Origin: a virus
Strand: one strand, 5' to 3'
Length of the DNA: 49,893 nucleotides
IMG/VR virus record: IMGVR_UViG_3300028844_003870
The notes beneath the pieces are model-generated. The model was given only the letters and a program-made list of their open reading frames with translations. It had not been told where the DNA came from and searched no databases. Below, in pieces: positions 15,999-25,508 of the stretch; the stretch's first letter is position 1; every line of letters begins with the position of its first letter. Position numbers and translations under genes: made by a program.

Positions 15999-17354
15999 AT
16001 GGCAAACACTTTATCTAGCTTCCTCATTGGAATAGGGCTCGACTTCGACACAAAAGGCGCTAAAGAAGCTGAATCGTCTCTTAATTCAATAAAAAGTAGT
16101 GCGTTACAGGCGGCCACTGCTGTAGCTGGTGCGTTTGGCGTTAAGGCTGTAACTGCTGACGTGGCTAATCGCGTGCGAACTTATTCGTTACTTGCTGAGC
16201 AAATAGGTTCAACTGCTCAGGCTGTCGATGCTTTAGATAGGGTGTATCAACGCGCAGGAGGCGGTGCAGGTGAAGTTGTAGGGCAGTTACAGAGAATTAA
16301 AGACCTACAGGCTCAATTGCAAGTTGGCGGGTTTGAGTGGATAGCAGAAGCGGCTAGAGCAGGAATAAGCACAGGATCAATACAGGGAGAAGCCGATCCA
16401 GTAGATGCGTATAGAAATGTAATATCACAGCTTGCAAAGTTATCAGTTAATAGCCGCCGAAATGCAATCAAGGCGTTAGGCTTAGATCCCGCAGCAATCA
16501 ACCTTGCAATAGACGGCATCAAGGAATACGACAAACAGTTTGATAAAGCTATAGATAGAAATTCGTTCAGCAAAAAGCTTCAAAAAGACAGCGATATATA
16601 CTCCAAAAACTGGTTTGATATGTGGGATAATATAAACGGCATAACAACCCGAGCTGGTGCTCAGATAATACCAGAAGTGAATAAAATAACAGGTAGCGTA
16701 AACGAATTCTTTGAAGCAAATAGAAATGTTATAAACAGTGGCGCTGATGCAGTATTTGGAGAAATAGCTAAAAACTTAGATTTAGTGGCTATTGCTGCGG
16801 TGGCATTGTCCGCTTCAAGCATTGGATCTGTATTGGGTGTTATGTCTAAGCACATACCTATCATTGGCGGAACAGCAAGTAAGCTAGCAAGCGTGGCTAA
16901 GTCAATGGGCGCTATTGGGCTTGCTTATGGTGTCGCAAGTTACGCAGCAAGCAAGGCCGATCAAATAGGTCAAGGTAGCGAATGGTACAGAGAAAGTGAC
17001 AAGCAGCTAACAAAGTTTATATATGATGCTACAGGGTTCGATGTATCTCGCGGTGGTGTATATGATGGCGAAGATAGAGACAATCCACTATCAAGCGGAA
17101 GGTCACGCGCAAACAACCGAGGCACGGTCATATCACCAAGTGACGTTACAACGCCAGTTTCAGCAAGCAGTGGGAAGCAGTGGGGAAACAGGGTTAGAGG
17201 TGTTGATCAAAGATCTGTTGAAGCAAGGCAAAAGCGCCAAATAGTGGTAAATGTAAGCATTGGTGCACATGAGTTAAAACAGCAAATCCTTGAGATTCTT
17301 GATGATGAAGATGAACAAACATTAAAAGACTTGCGTAGCTCTGTTGATAGATAG
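15999..17354 (+). CDS. tail tape measure protein
   Basis: 451 aa, Ala/Gly-rich helical with hydrophobic segments; follows the chaperone pair. Confidence 0.7.
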   Translation: MANTLSSFLIGIGLDFDTKGAKEAESSLNSIKSSALQAATAVAGAFGVKAVTADVANRVRTYSLLAEQIGSTAQAVDALDRVYQRAGGGAGEVVGQLQRIKDLQAQLQVGGFEWIAEAARAGISTGSIQGEADPVDAYRNVISQLAKLSVNSRRNAIKALGLDPAAINLAIDGIKEYDKQFDKAIDRNSFSKKLQKDSDIYSKNWFDMWDNINGITTRAGAQIIPEVNKITGSVNEFFEANRNVINSGADAVFGEIAKNLDLVAIAAVALSASSIGSVLGVMSKHIPIIGGTASKLASVAKSMGAIGLAYGVASYAASKADQIGQGSEWYRESDKQLTKFIYDATGFDVSRGGVYDGEDRDNPLSSGRSRANNRGTVISPSDVTTPVSASSGKQWGNRVRGVDQRSVEARQKRQIVVNVSIGAHELKQQILEILDDEDEQTLKDLRSSVDR

Positions 17355-18020
17355 TTATTTAACCAGCGCCCAGTCTCCTACATGGCTGTATCTCCCAGAT
17401 TTTAAGTGAGATATGGCCCCTCTGCGCATCCCTGTCTTTCTTGCGATTTCATTCCCATTGTTGGCCTCTATAGTTTCACCTGTCTTAGTGTTTTTTAGTG
17501 TAAAGACTCCCATTCTATGCTTTGAGATCTCAATATTTCTTTCTTTGATAGTTACAATTCTTACTGTTTGTTTGCAGTATACGGTTGCATTGTTGTTTTT
17601 AACCATGAATAATTTTAAATCTGGGTTATTTTCTTCATACCATCGCTCGAAATTGGTGAAATTCAACCACTCACTGCAAACCCTAGCTCCTCCGCTAACG
17701 TAAGATTCTAGCATTGTTGCCCATGCGTTGTGTGTTTTTTTGTTTGTTTGTCCGTGCCTCCTTTCTCTACCCATGTATCCTATGCCGTATTTCAGCCTTG
17801 CGTATGGATCATTAACTTTTCCACGTCTAGCGTTTGCGTTGCTAGTCAATCTTTCATAACCAGTATTAATAAACTTAACTCGCACCTCTGCCAAAGTGTG
17901 ACCTATTTTTATGACTTTAAAGTCGCCGCATACTGTAGACGTAATAATCTCACCGACCCTTACAGGGTTTATCATCATTCTCATATCTTTTGTTTCCATT
18001 GTTATCGTTAAATTCAACAT
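17355..18020 (-). CDS. homing-endonuclease-like DNA-binding protein (start uncertain; 17999 possible)
   Basis: YGIGYMG...HNAWATML...VCSEWLNFTNFERWY block seen in free-standing phage endonuclease-like genes, plus a C-terminal NUMOD1-type HTH-like segment (ARKTGMRRGAISHLKSG). Opposite strand, wedged with 0 nt spacing after the tape measure gene. Confidence 0.5.
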   Translation of the reverse strand: MLNLTITMETKDMRMMINPVRVGEIITSTVCGDFKVIKIGHTLAEVRVKFINTGYERLTSNANARRGKVNDPYARLKYGIGYMGRERRHGQTNKKTHNAWATMLESYVSGGARVCSEWLNFTNFERWYEENNPDLKLFMVKNNNATVYCKQTVRIVTIKERNIEISKHRMGVFTLKNTKTGETIEANNGNEIARKTGMRRGAISHLKSGRYSHVGDWALVK

Positions 18021-18084
18021 TATAGTAACCTGTGATATGATATAAAACAGTGACGAACATCACAATTAACAAACAGGATTAAAA
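17995..18084. repeat. divergent intergenic cassette, copy 2
   Basis: Same 16-mer at 18001-18016; TGATATAAA extended -10-like (18038-18046); AGTGA-N6-TCACA dyad at 18049-18064; AGGATT RBS. Confidence 0.7.
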
Positions 18085-18744
18085 ATGTCTCTGCTTTCTT
18101 TATTAACAAAAAAACCGCCTAAGTTTGGTTATGGCGAAATGACAATTACATTTGATGCTGTGCTTGAGGATACCCTTGAGGCAGAGGTTCAGCTATCTGA
18201 TTACCCTATTGAAGTTGGCTCAGTATCAAACGACCACCGCATCAAACTTCCTATAAAATGGACTATTACGGGCGGCATATCAAATAACCCTGTAAAGATA
18301 TCTGCTACAGACTTCACCGGCGTACTCTCTGAAATATCAAGTGAAAACGGATTGCTATCACGAACTGCGGGTTATATGGCCGGATGGTTAAGCGGAGATA
18401 AAGAAACTAGAAACTCTGACGCACTCAGATCGCTATTAACTTTAATGTATCAGGGCGACCCGTTCACCGTTGATGCTGGTGATACTTCTTTGCCTAATAT
18501 GGTTATTCAAAGAATACGACGCACAAAAGACGCAAGTAACGAAAACGGTTTGGTGTTTATTGCTGAGTTGCGAGAGTGGCAGGATATTACAACCAGTCAA
18601 AGCTCAGTGTTAGACTTACCAACGAAAACAAATGAAACAGAAGAAGGCGCAAGTGCTATCTCTAACTATGTTAACAAAGGCTTAAAGCAAGTTAAAACAG
18701 CAGGCGCTACTGTTAATGACGCGGTTGCGGGGTGGTTTAAATGA
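18085..18744 (+). CDS. tail/baseplate hub-proximal protein (putative)
   Basis: First gene after the tape measure block; position only. Confidence 0.5.
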   Translation: MSLLSLLTKKPPKFGYGEMTITFDAVLEDTLEAEVQLSDYPIEVGSVSNDHRIKLPIKWTITGGISNNPVKISATDFTGVLSEISSENGLLSRTAGYMAGWLSGDKETRNSDALRSLLTLMYQGDPFTVDAGDTSLPNMVIQRIRRTKDASNENGLVFIAELREWQDITTSQSSVLDLPTKTNETEEGASAISNYVNKGLKQVKTAGATVNDAVAGWFK

Positions 18745-19094
18745 AGCAAGTAATACCTTTGTCGGGCGGCATTGCAAACTCTAGTTACTCTCAATATGTT
18801 TCTCTTGGTGATTTTTCATTGCAATTGAATATTAACTATCAACAAAACGGGCAGTGGTACATGGATATTGTTGCAGACGGTGATGTTGGAGAAGTGCCTG
18901 TAACTACCATTGATGATCTTGATTATATTGCACTGGGTGTCATGTTAGAAAGTGGCGTTGATATTGTTGGCATGTACGGTATATCAAAAACTTTCGGTCA
19001 ATTGTTTTTTGTTGGCGATGAAGCAACATTAAATAACCTAGGCAGTGATAACAGCTTGGTGTGGTATTCATCTGACGATGCGGTGGGATTCTAA
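18741..19094 (+). CDS. baseplate-associated protein (putative)
   Basis: ATGA overlap; position only. Confidence 0.5.
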   Translation: MKQVIPLSGGIANSSYSQYVSLGDFSLQLNINYQQNGQWYMDIVADGDVGEVPVTTIDDLDYIALGVMLESGVDIVGMYGISKTFGQLFFVGDEATLNNLGSDNSLVWYSSDDAVGF

Positions 19095-19957
19095 TGAGGC
19101 AACGCGTATACTCAGTGCTTATTGACGGAAAAGAACTGATAGAAATAAACCCGTCAGGCGTACAGGCTAGAATTCAATTTGAAGTGACCGTTGACGCGCT
19201 TGGATCAATTACACTTTGTGATATGACACTATCTAACCTTAAGAAAGAAACAACAAACTACGCATTTAGGCGTGGCGCTATCCTTGAACTAATAGCAGGT
19301 TACGAAGACAACTATGGATATATCTTCAAAGGTGCAATCAGGAATGTATTCAAAGGCAGAAGCGGAGCAACAACTACTATACAGGTTTTAGCCCGTGGTG
19401 GTGTTCTTGAGAAGGGCGTTGTTAACGTATCGCTTGGAGAGAATGCAAAGCTTAGTGATATATTAAAAGATGTTGTTTCTGCAGCAGGGTTTAAATTGGT
19501 TTTTAATGAAGCTGATTATGCGGATGTTTATACGACTGGATACTCTATAACAGCAGACCCTAGAATTGTTTTAAATCAATTGTCTAAAGCATGGCGGTTT
19601 AAATGGGCCATTGAAAACGATAGCATCATTATCTTTAGGCAGTCACAACCGCGCAGGTCACCAACTAAAGTAATTAATATGAAAAGCGGCATGGAAGGAA
19701 TTCCAGAAGTAACTGAAATAGGTATAAACTTTTCAGTAAGGTTAGATCCAAGTATTCGCATAGGCTCGCTTGTTACGCTTGATACTGAATATAAATCATT
19801 TAACTTTAGCGGTGTTTATTACCCTACAGGGCTTCAAGACGTACAAGGCACAGGTGAGTACACTGCAGCTAAAATCGTTTTCTCTGGTGATAACTACGGG
19901 TTAAACTGGAACACTAAAGTAGAAGGATGGCTACAGAATGCAGAGGAGATTAATTAA
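19094..19957 (+). CDS. baseplate hub protein (gpD / Mu gp44-like, putative)
   Basis: Size and order before a spike-like and a gp25-like gene. Confidence 0.5.
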   Translation: MRQRVYSVLIDGKELIEINPSGVQARIQFEVTVDALGSITLCDMTLSNLKKETTNYAFRRGAILELIAGYEDNYGYIFKGAIRNVFKGRSGATTTIQVLARGGVLEKGVVNVSLGENAKLSDILKDVVSAAGFKLVFNEADYADVYTTGYSITADPRIVLNQLSKAWRFKWAIENDSIIIFRQSQPRRSPTKVINMKSGMEGIPEVTEIGINFSVRLDPSIRIGSLVTLDTEYKSFNFSGVYYPTGLQDVQGTGEYTAAKIVFSGDNYGLNWNTKVEGWLQNAEEIN

Positions 19958-20707
19958 ATGAATGCAGGAAGAACACAAGAAATATTTAGAGAGCTATTAA
20001 AAGATGTAGGGACAAACATTACAGGTCATTTGCTTGCGTTTGATACTACAACTCAGCTTGCTCAAGTTCAGATTGGCGTACTTGCTTCAGATAGAAATGG
20101 CAATGTAATCACCCCATCGCCAATCATTCAATGTCCCGTTCATTTTTCGGGCGGTGCTGACTGGCAGTTTGAGCACAAAATAATGCCGGGTGATGAAGGC
20201 TTGATTGTATTCTCTCAGCGATGCATTGACGGATGGATACAAACAGGAGGAGTTGCCAACAATCCTATTGCACGGTTTCATGACAAACAAGACGCCTGCT
20301 TTATTCCTGGGTTTAGATCTAAATCAAAAGCGATTAGCGGCTTTGCAAATGATGGCGTTAAGCTAAGAAATAAAGACAACACTATTTACCATTGGATAAA
20401 AGACGATGGCACTATTGAATCTAAAAACCCACTGGCGACACACAACATAATGCCAACAGGCGCTATAAATTCAATTAATGCGGCAGGGTTTATCAGTTTG
20501 TTAGATAATGGAACCGTAAATATTAACGGCTTCACTATTACTCCAAACGGTGCAGCAGTAAGCCCTGTATCGGTAACGGCTGCAACATTAATTGCTGTCA
20601 CATCATTAACTGTTGCAGGTAAAGAGCAAAAAGGCCACGCGCACGCGCCGGGTACATATAAAGCAGGTAGCACAGACGTAGTCGGAATATCAGGGGTACA
20701 ACCATAA
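19958..20707 (+). CDS. baseplate spike / gpV-like protein (putative)
   Basis: Order hub, spike, wedge; C-terminal Gly/Ala/Thr-rich beta segment. Confidence 0.5.
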   Translation: MNAGRTQEIFRELLKDVGTNITGHLLAFDTTTQLAQVQIGVLASDRNGNVITPSPIIQCPVHFSGGADWQFEHKIMPGDEGLIVFSQRCIDGWIQTGGVANNPIARFHDKQDACFIPGFRSKSKAISGFANDGVKLRNKDNTIYHWIKDDGTIESKNPLATHNIMPTGAINSINAAGFISLLDNGTVNINGFTITPNGAAVSPVSVTAATLIAVTSLTVAGKEQKGHAHAPGTYKAGSTDVVGISGVQP

Positions 20708-21084
20708 TGAGCGTTGAAACAGGCAAGTATAAAACACGTAGATTAGATGCTAATGGTGATTTTGTTATTAGTGGAGAGGTGTGGATTTATGATATTGAAG
20801 CAATTCAGCAAACTATACAAACACGAATATATTTATTCTCGGCTGAATATTGGCGCGACGTGTCAGATGGTACACCGTGGATAAATAGTATTTTAGGTAA
20901 AAATAACTCGGTAAATACCATTCAATCTAAATCTTCTTTGCTAAAGAATAGAATTTTAAACACTGAAGGTGTAATAACAATACTGGAATGGTCGAGTGAT
21001 TTTGATTACAGCACTCGTAAATTTACCATTGTAGCGACCATATTAACTGAGTATGGTACTATTAGCGTGAGCGAAAGCGTTTAA
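20707..21084 (+). CDS. baseplate wedge protein (gp25/gpW-like, putative)
   Basis: 125 aa directly after the spike-like gene. Confidence 0.5.
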   Translation: MSVETGKYKTRRLDANGDFVISGEVWIYDIEAIQQTIQTRIYLFSAEYWRDVSDGTPWINSILGKNNSVNTIQSKSSLLKNRILNTEGVITILEWSSDFDYSTRKFTIVATILTEYGTISVSESV

Positions 21085-21107
21085 CCAACTTAAATATGGG
21101 GCTTTAA

Positions 21108-23609
21108 ATGGCTGATCTAGACAATGCAATAGAAAAAATAAATACCGCAGCAGAGAGAACAACTTTGTCATCTGAATTTATCGATGATGTTTCAACTGGT
21201 GGCGTTGAAGAAAGCTTCACTAATCCTAATAACAGCAAAACAGTTCCGAGCCTGCAAAAGCAAATCAAGGCGTTGTATGACGTAGATGGTAACTCTTTGT
21301 CTGTATATGCAGGTCAAGCAGAAGATGCCCGCGACGAGGCTGTTATCGCTAAGGACGCGGCGGTTAATGCTCAAGTTGAAAGTGAAGATGCTTTTGCAGC
21401 TGTTGAGGCCGCAAGTGATGCGGCGATTGATGCTCGCAATGAAGCGGTAGAGGCTCAAGGCATAAGCGAAACAGCACGAGACGAATCTGCTTCTTCTAGA
21501 GACAGTGCGATCGTAGCTAGCAATGAAGCTATTAATGCCAAGGAGTTGAGTGAGTCTGCAAGCCTTGCCAGTGCAGAAGCAAAATCATTAGCTTTGACAG
21601 CTCAATCAGAAAGCGAAAAAGCTAGAGATGAATCTGTAGTTGCAAAAGACGCATCTGAAACTGCACAGGCAGAAAGCCAAGCATCACGCGAAGCCTCGGA
21701 AACTGCTCAAATATCATCTGAAGAAGCGCGCGATGAATCAGTTGCAGCTAAAAACGAAGCTGAGGCGATAGCAAGCGACCTGCTATATCCGAAGAACGAC
21801 GTTCAATATTACGGCGCAACGGGAACGGGGGACGAGAGTGAAGAAGTTCAGAGTGCGATTGATTACGCAATGGATAACGGGCTTAATTTCGTCATTGTCA
21901 ACGTTGATTTTACCAGTAATTTAACACTAACAAATAGATCCAACGTAACCTTTATAGGTAACGGTTCTTTCCGATCATCAAACTTGGACACAGGGACATA
22001 TCGAAGACCTGTAGTTCCTTTTAATGCCACTGTTGCTCACCCTTATCTTGATGATAATACTTCAATTGAGTTAAATAAGATGGGTGACATAAAAATTGTT
22101 GTCACTGGGGATAGCTTAACAACTTTTTGGGCTAACGCATTAGGTTCATCTGACTGCTCGACTCAAATACTTATAAATAAGTTGACCAATGCCAACCCTG
22201 ATATCAACTTCACCTTTGTGGGTAGAGGTATTGGGGCAGAGGATTTTACAGGTCTTGATAGCGTAGCAACTTCTAGCCTTGAACGTTACGACTGGTATAC
22301 CGACCCCGACAGAGAATGGTTAGAGTATATATTCGATGAAGAGCCTGATGTTGTGATCATATCAATGGGAATAAATGACCAACAAAACTTAGATAGGGCG
22401 TCTGTTGAAAGCGTGGTTGCAAAAATAGAAGCTTATGGCGCACAGGTAATGTTTGCAACAAACTTAGGCGTTAATTTATCACCCGATGCCACATACTCAG
22501 GATTTGGAACCTACGCAGGACAAGAAGGTCGAGATTATTCCGCAGGTTGGATCAGAACATACTGCCTTTATCACGGGTACCCTTGTATAGACATAAACAG
22601 AACGTTTAATTTAATGAGAGATGGGCGTGACATCATAAACACTGAGTTGGTCGAGACCGATGAAGAGATTTACGAGTCAATGCAGGCTTACACAGCTCCA
22701 GACACTTATAGATGCAGGGATTATTCTTTACTGGCTACCATTGACCCTAGTGGTTGGGTAAACTCATCTCCTTTATCTGTGTCTTTGTCAGAGGGAGCAA
22801 GTAACGCCGTGTTTATCGAGGACGCCAGTGGGTTTCTAAGGTTTAAGTTTTATAGAGGTGACAGCGACGGACTGTATAAAACTGTTGTTTCAGATATAGA
22901 AACTCCGACCGCATCGGTTGAGGTTGAGATTGTATTAAAAAACAATATGTTTTCATTTAGAATTATCCCTGCGCCTGCGGGTTACTTGGCAGGTGTTCAG
23001 CCATTCACTGAGAAAGTCATTAGATACGGAGGCCTAATGATTCCGACTGTCGATTACTTTGGCGGAACGGGTGGCCCAGTTACAAAAGCAACTCTTTCTA
23101 TGGGTACTGAGAAGCTATACTTGCCAGCAATAACTGACATTGAGTTTTTTGGTGCTCCGGATGATGGCGCATCAACTAGACCTGTAACTGGAGGGAATGG
23201 ATTAAATCACCCTGCATCCAAAGGTATAGCAACGATATACAAAAATCACTGTGACGTTCAAAGCTTTAAGTGGTATAGAGGCGTTGAAACGGTAAGAGGT
23301 GATCAAGGTGTATGCTACCTTTACCCCGACGGTACGCAGCGTTGTGAGGCGACAATAACAGAAGCTAACGGGGCAACAATCCCTGATGGATCAATGTTTG
23401 TCGGAGATGGTGACTCATGGGTATATCCGACGCCATTCATATCAACTCCTGTTATCTTTGGGAGCGCCGCTGGAACGTTTGCAGTTGATGTGACGTTCAA
23501 TTCAGGTAGCGCAGTAGCAAACGGGATTAAAGCAAGATCTAACACTTCTTATTCTTCATCGGTTAACTTGAAAGTTGCGGCTGTAGGTAGATGGAAAAGC
23601 TTTGATTAA
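21108..23609 (+). CDS. tail spike/fibre with SGNH(GDSL)-type esterase-like domain
   Basis: aa 68-222 form an Ala/Glu/Ser-rich repeat; YYGATGTGDESEEVQSAIDYA...IGNG resembles the start of beta-helix tailspikes; VVTGDSLTT (GDS block) and ISMGINDQ (GxND block). Confidence 0.6.
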   Translation: MADLDNAIEKINTAAERTTLSSEFIDDVSTGGVEESFTNPNNSKTVPSLQKQIKALYDVDGNSLSVYAGQAEDARDEAVIAKDAAVNAQVESEDAFAAVEAASDAAIDARNEAVEAQGISETARDESASSRDSAIVASNEAINAKELSESASLASAEAKSLALTAQSESEKARDESVVAKDASETAQAESQASREASETAQISSEEARDESVAAKNEAEAIASDLLYPKNDVQYYGATGTGDESEEVQSAIDYAMDNGLNFVIVNVDFTSNLTLTNRSNVTFIGNGSFRSSNLDTGTYRRPVVPFNATVAHPYLDDNTSIELNKMGDIKIVVTGDSLTTFWANALGSSDCSTQILINKLTNANPDINFTFVGRGIGAEDFTGLDSVATSSLERYDWYTDPDREWLEYIFDEEPDVVIISMGINDQQNLDRASVESVVAKIEAYGAQVMFATNLGVNLSPDATYSGFGTYAGQEGRDYSAGWIRTYCLYHGYPCIDINRTFNLMRDGRDIINTELVETDEEIYESMQAYTAPDTYRCRDYSLLATIDPSGWVNSSPLSVSLSEGASNAVFIEDASGFLRFKFYRGDSDGLYKTVVSDIETPTASVEVEIVLKNNMFSFRIIPAPAGYLAGVQPFTEKVIRYGGLMIPTVDYFGGTGGPVTKATLSMGTEKLYLPAITDIEFFGAPDDGASTRPVTGGNGLNHPASKGIATIYKNHCDVQSFKWYRGVETVRGDQGVCYLYPDGTQRCEATITEANGATIPDGSMFVGDGDSWVYPTPFISTPVIFGSAAGTFAVDVTFNSGSAVANGIKARSNTSYSSSVNLKVAAVGRWKSFD

Positions 23610-23615
23610 TTAAAT

Positions 23616-23645
23616 AAAGCCCTTGCATAAAAAACAAGGGCTTTT
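23616..23645 (+). terminator. rho-independent terminator
   Basis: AAAGCCCTTG-N9-CAAGGGCTTT followed by T's. Confidence 0.7.
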
Positions 23646-23701
23646 ACCATTGATCTTATTGATGTGTTATTATTGATGAATAAATTTAAAAGTGAATAAA
23701 T

Positions 23702-24925
23702 ATGACTGATATTATACAAGTAACAGACGAGGGAATATTAACCCTTTCTGAAAATGAGATTTTCTCAGCTATTAATGAAAAGTGGCTTGAAATAGATCCA
23801 AACTTCAATACCGACCCATCTACCCCTGACGGATATATGAACGCTTGGCATGCTCAAAATTACAGAATATTAAATGAAGCTATACGCGAGGCTTGGAATT
23901 CTAAAGACCCTGCAAAGGCGCGCGATACTCAGCTTAGTATTATAGGGAGCTTAACAGGCGCAAGTTTTGAAGATGGAACGCCAACAAAAATACAGTGTAC
24001 TGCAACGGGAACAGAGGGTACTGTTATTTTATCTGGCTCTGTGATATCTGGAGGTAATTACGATTGGTTTATTGATAACGACGTAACAATCGGAGAAAAT
24101 GGAACAGCTCAGGTTGCAGCTACATGTGAAATAGACGGGGTGGTTGAGCCTAACGTTGGAACAGTAACCAATATTAAAACCACAATTGGCGGATGGACCG
24201 GTATCACTAACACGTCAGTCATACAGGTTGGCACGGACAAGCAAAGCAACGCATTATTTCGAGTAGCAAGAACAAGGGCTGTAGCTAGGCCTAGCAGCAA
24301 TCAGACCGACTCAACTATAGGTGAATTATTTGCTATAGATGATGTTTTGAGAGTGGCTGCTTATGAGAACCCAACTGGTGATTCTGCCGTTTCAGATGAA
24401 AATCCTTTTGGGCTACCAAAAAATAGCGAAACGTATTTGATTCAAGGCGGTGACAGTGATGAAATTGCAAAAGCTATTTACATCAAAAAGAATCCAGGCG
24501 TTTACTTGAATGGCGCAGGCGTTGTAGAAACTGTAACAGTCACGTCTGATTTGCATATAACAAACACAAAATTAATTAGGTTTGGACGTCCGACTCCTGT
24601 CGCAATGAATACTGTTATCGAGCTTGCAGACCCAAATGGGAAGTTACCAACGATAATAGAAACATTGATAGCTGAATCAATTATTAGTTATGCAAACGGG
24701 AGCTTGTTAGAAGGATCAACAGGGTTTGATCAAACAGGTTTTGATATTGGGGAAAATGTACCAATTAGGCGCATAGACACGCCAATAAATAACGTCATTG
24801 GTGAGTACGAAGGTGTTTATATTAACTCCTCTACAATAAACGGCGTCTCATCTGGAATTGCTGTTATTGATTTTGATGAGATCAGCTCATGGTCATCTGA
24901 CAATATTACTGTAACGGTGGTTTAA
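23702..24925 (+). CDS. baseplate J-like protein
   Basis: 407 aa; order and size typical of gpJ / Mu gp47-like wedge proteins. Confidence 0.6.
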   Translation: MTDIIQVTDEGILTLSENEIFSAINEKWLEIDPNFNTDPSTPDGYMNAWHAQNYRILNEAIREAWNSKDPAKARDTQLSIIGSLTGASFEDGTPTKIQCTATGTEGTVILSGSVISGGNYDWFIDNDVTIGENGTAQVAATCEIDGVVEPNVGTVTNIKTTIGGWTGITNTSVIQVGTDKQSNALFRVARTRAVARPSSNQTDSTIGELFAIDDVLRVAAYENPTGDSAVSDENPFGLPKNSETYLIQGGDSDEIAKAIYIKKNPGVYLNGAGVVETVTVTSDLHITNTKLIRFGRPTPVAMNTVIELADPNGKLPTIIETLIAESIISYANGSLLEGSTGFDQTGFDIGENVPIRRIDTPINNVIGEYEGVYINSSTINGVSSGIAVIDFDEISSWSSDNITVTVV

Positions 24926-24927
24926 GT

Positions 24928-25491
24928 ATGGCTAATAGGTTGTATGCTCAGTATCGAGATAAAACAAAGGCTTCAAAATTATCTGAAATACCTGTTTCAT
25001 TTAGGGGGCAGATGTTAAGCGTTGCCGAGTTTGTTCGTGATAGCTGGGATATAGATAGAAATTCGGGTGAAGCGCTGAATGTGATAGGTCGTATTGTTGA
25101 TGCTAATCGCTCTCTTCTGCAAACAAGCTATTTAACTGTTTATGAATGCAATAGTGACGGTGACTTTGAGTGTGGTGACGATTCTATACAGTTATCTACC
25201 CCATCCGTTGCAGACGACGCGAATCTTAGTGATGATTATTACCAGTATTTGCTAAAGGCCAAAATAGCAAAAAACAATAGTTCAGCAACAATCGATGAAA
25301 TACTTACGTCTGTCAACTTTATTATTGGCGACCAAAATGCAGTTGCTACACGATTAATAGATAATGAAGATATGACATTCTCCATCGTCATTGAGGGGGA
25401 TATAAATAACGTTGTTCGTGATTTGATGACCAACGGTGATATTATACCTAGACCGCAAGGCGTAACTTTTAGTGGTTTTGTTGAAATTTAA
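24928..25491 (+). CDS. baseplate wedge/tail-fibre-proximal protein (gpI/DUF2612-like, putative)
   Basis: Follows the J-like gene. Confidence 0.5.
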   Translation: MANRLYAQYRDKTKASKLSEIPVSFRGQMLSVAEFVRDSWDIDRNSGEALNVIGRIVDANRSLLQTSYLTVYECNSDGDFECGDDSIQLSTPSVADDANLSDDYYQYLLKAKIAKNNSSATIDEILTSVNFIIGDQNAVATRLIDNEDMTFSIVIEGDINNVVRDLMTNGDIIPRPQGVTFSGFVEI

Positions 25492-25508
25492 AACAGGAAA
25501 AAATTACC

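Noticed and set aside
23649-23677. Three ATTGAT hexamers upstream of the J-like baseplate gene
   Set aside because: A 6-mer of this composition is common in AT-rich DNA and the spacing is irregular (9 and 14 bp). It may contribute a -35-like TTGAT, but I cannot support a specific site.
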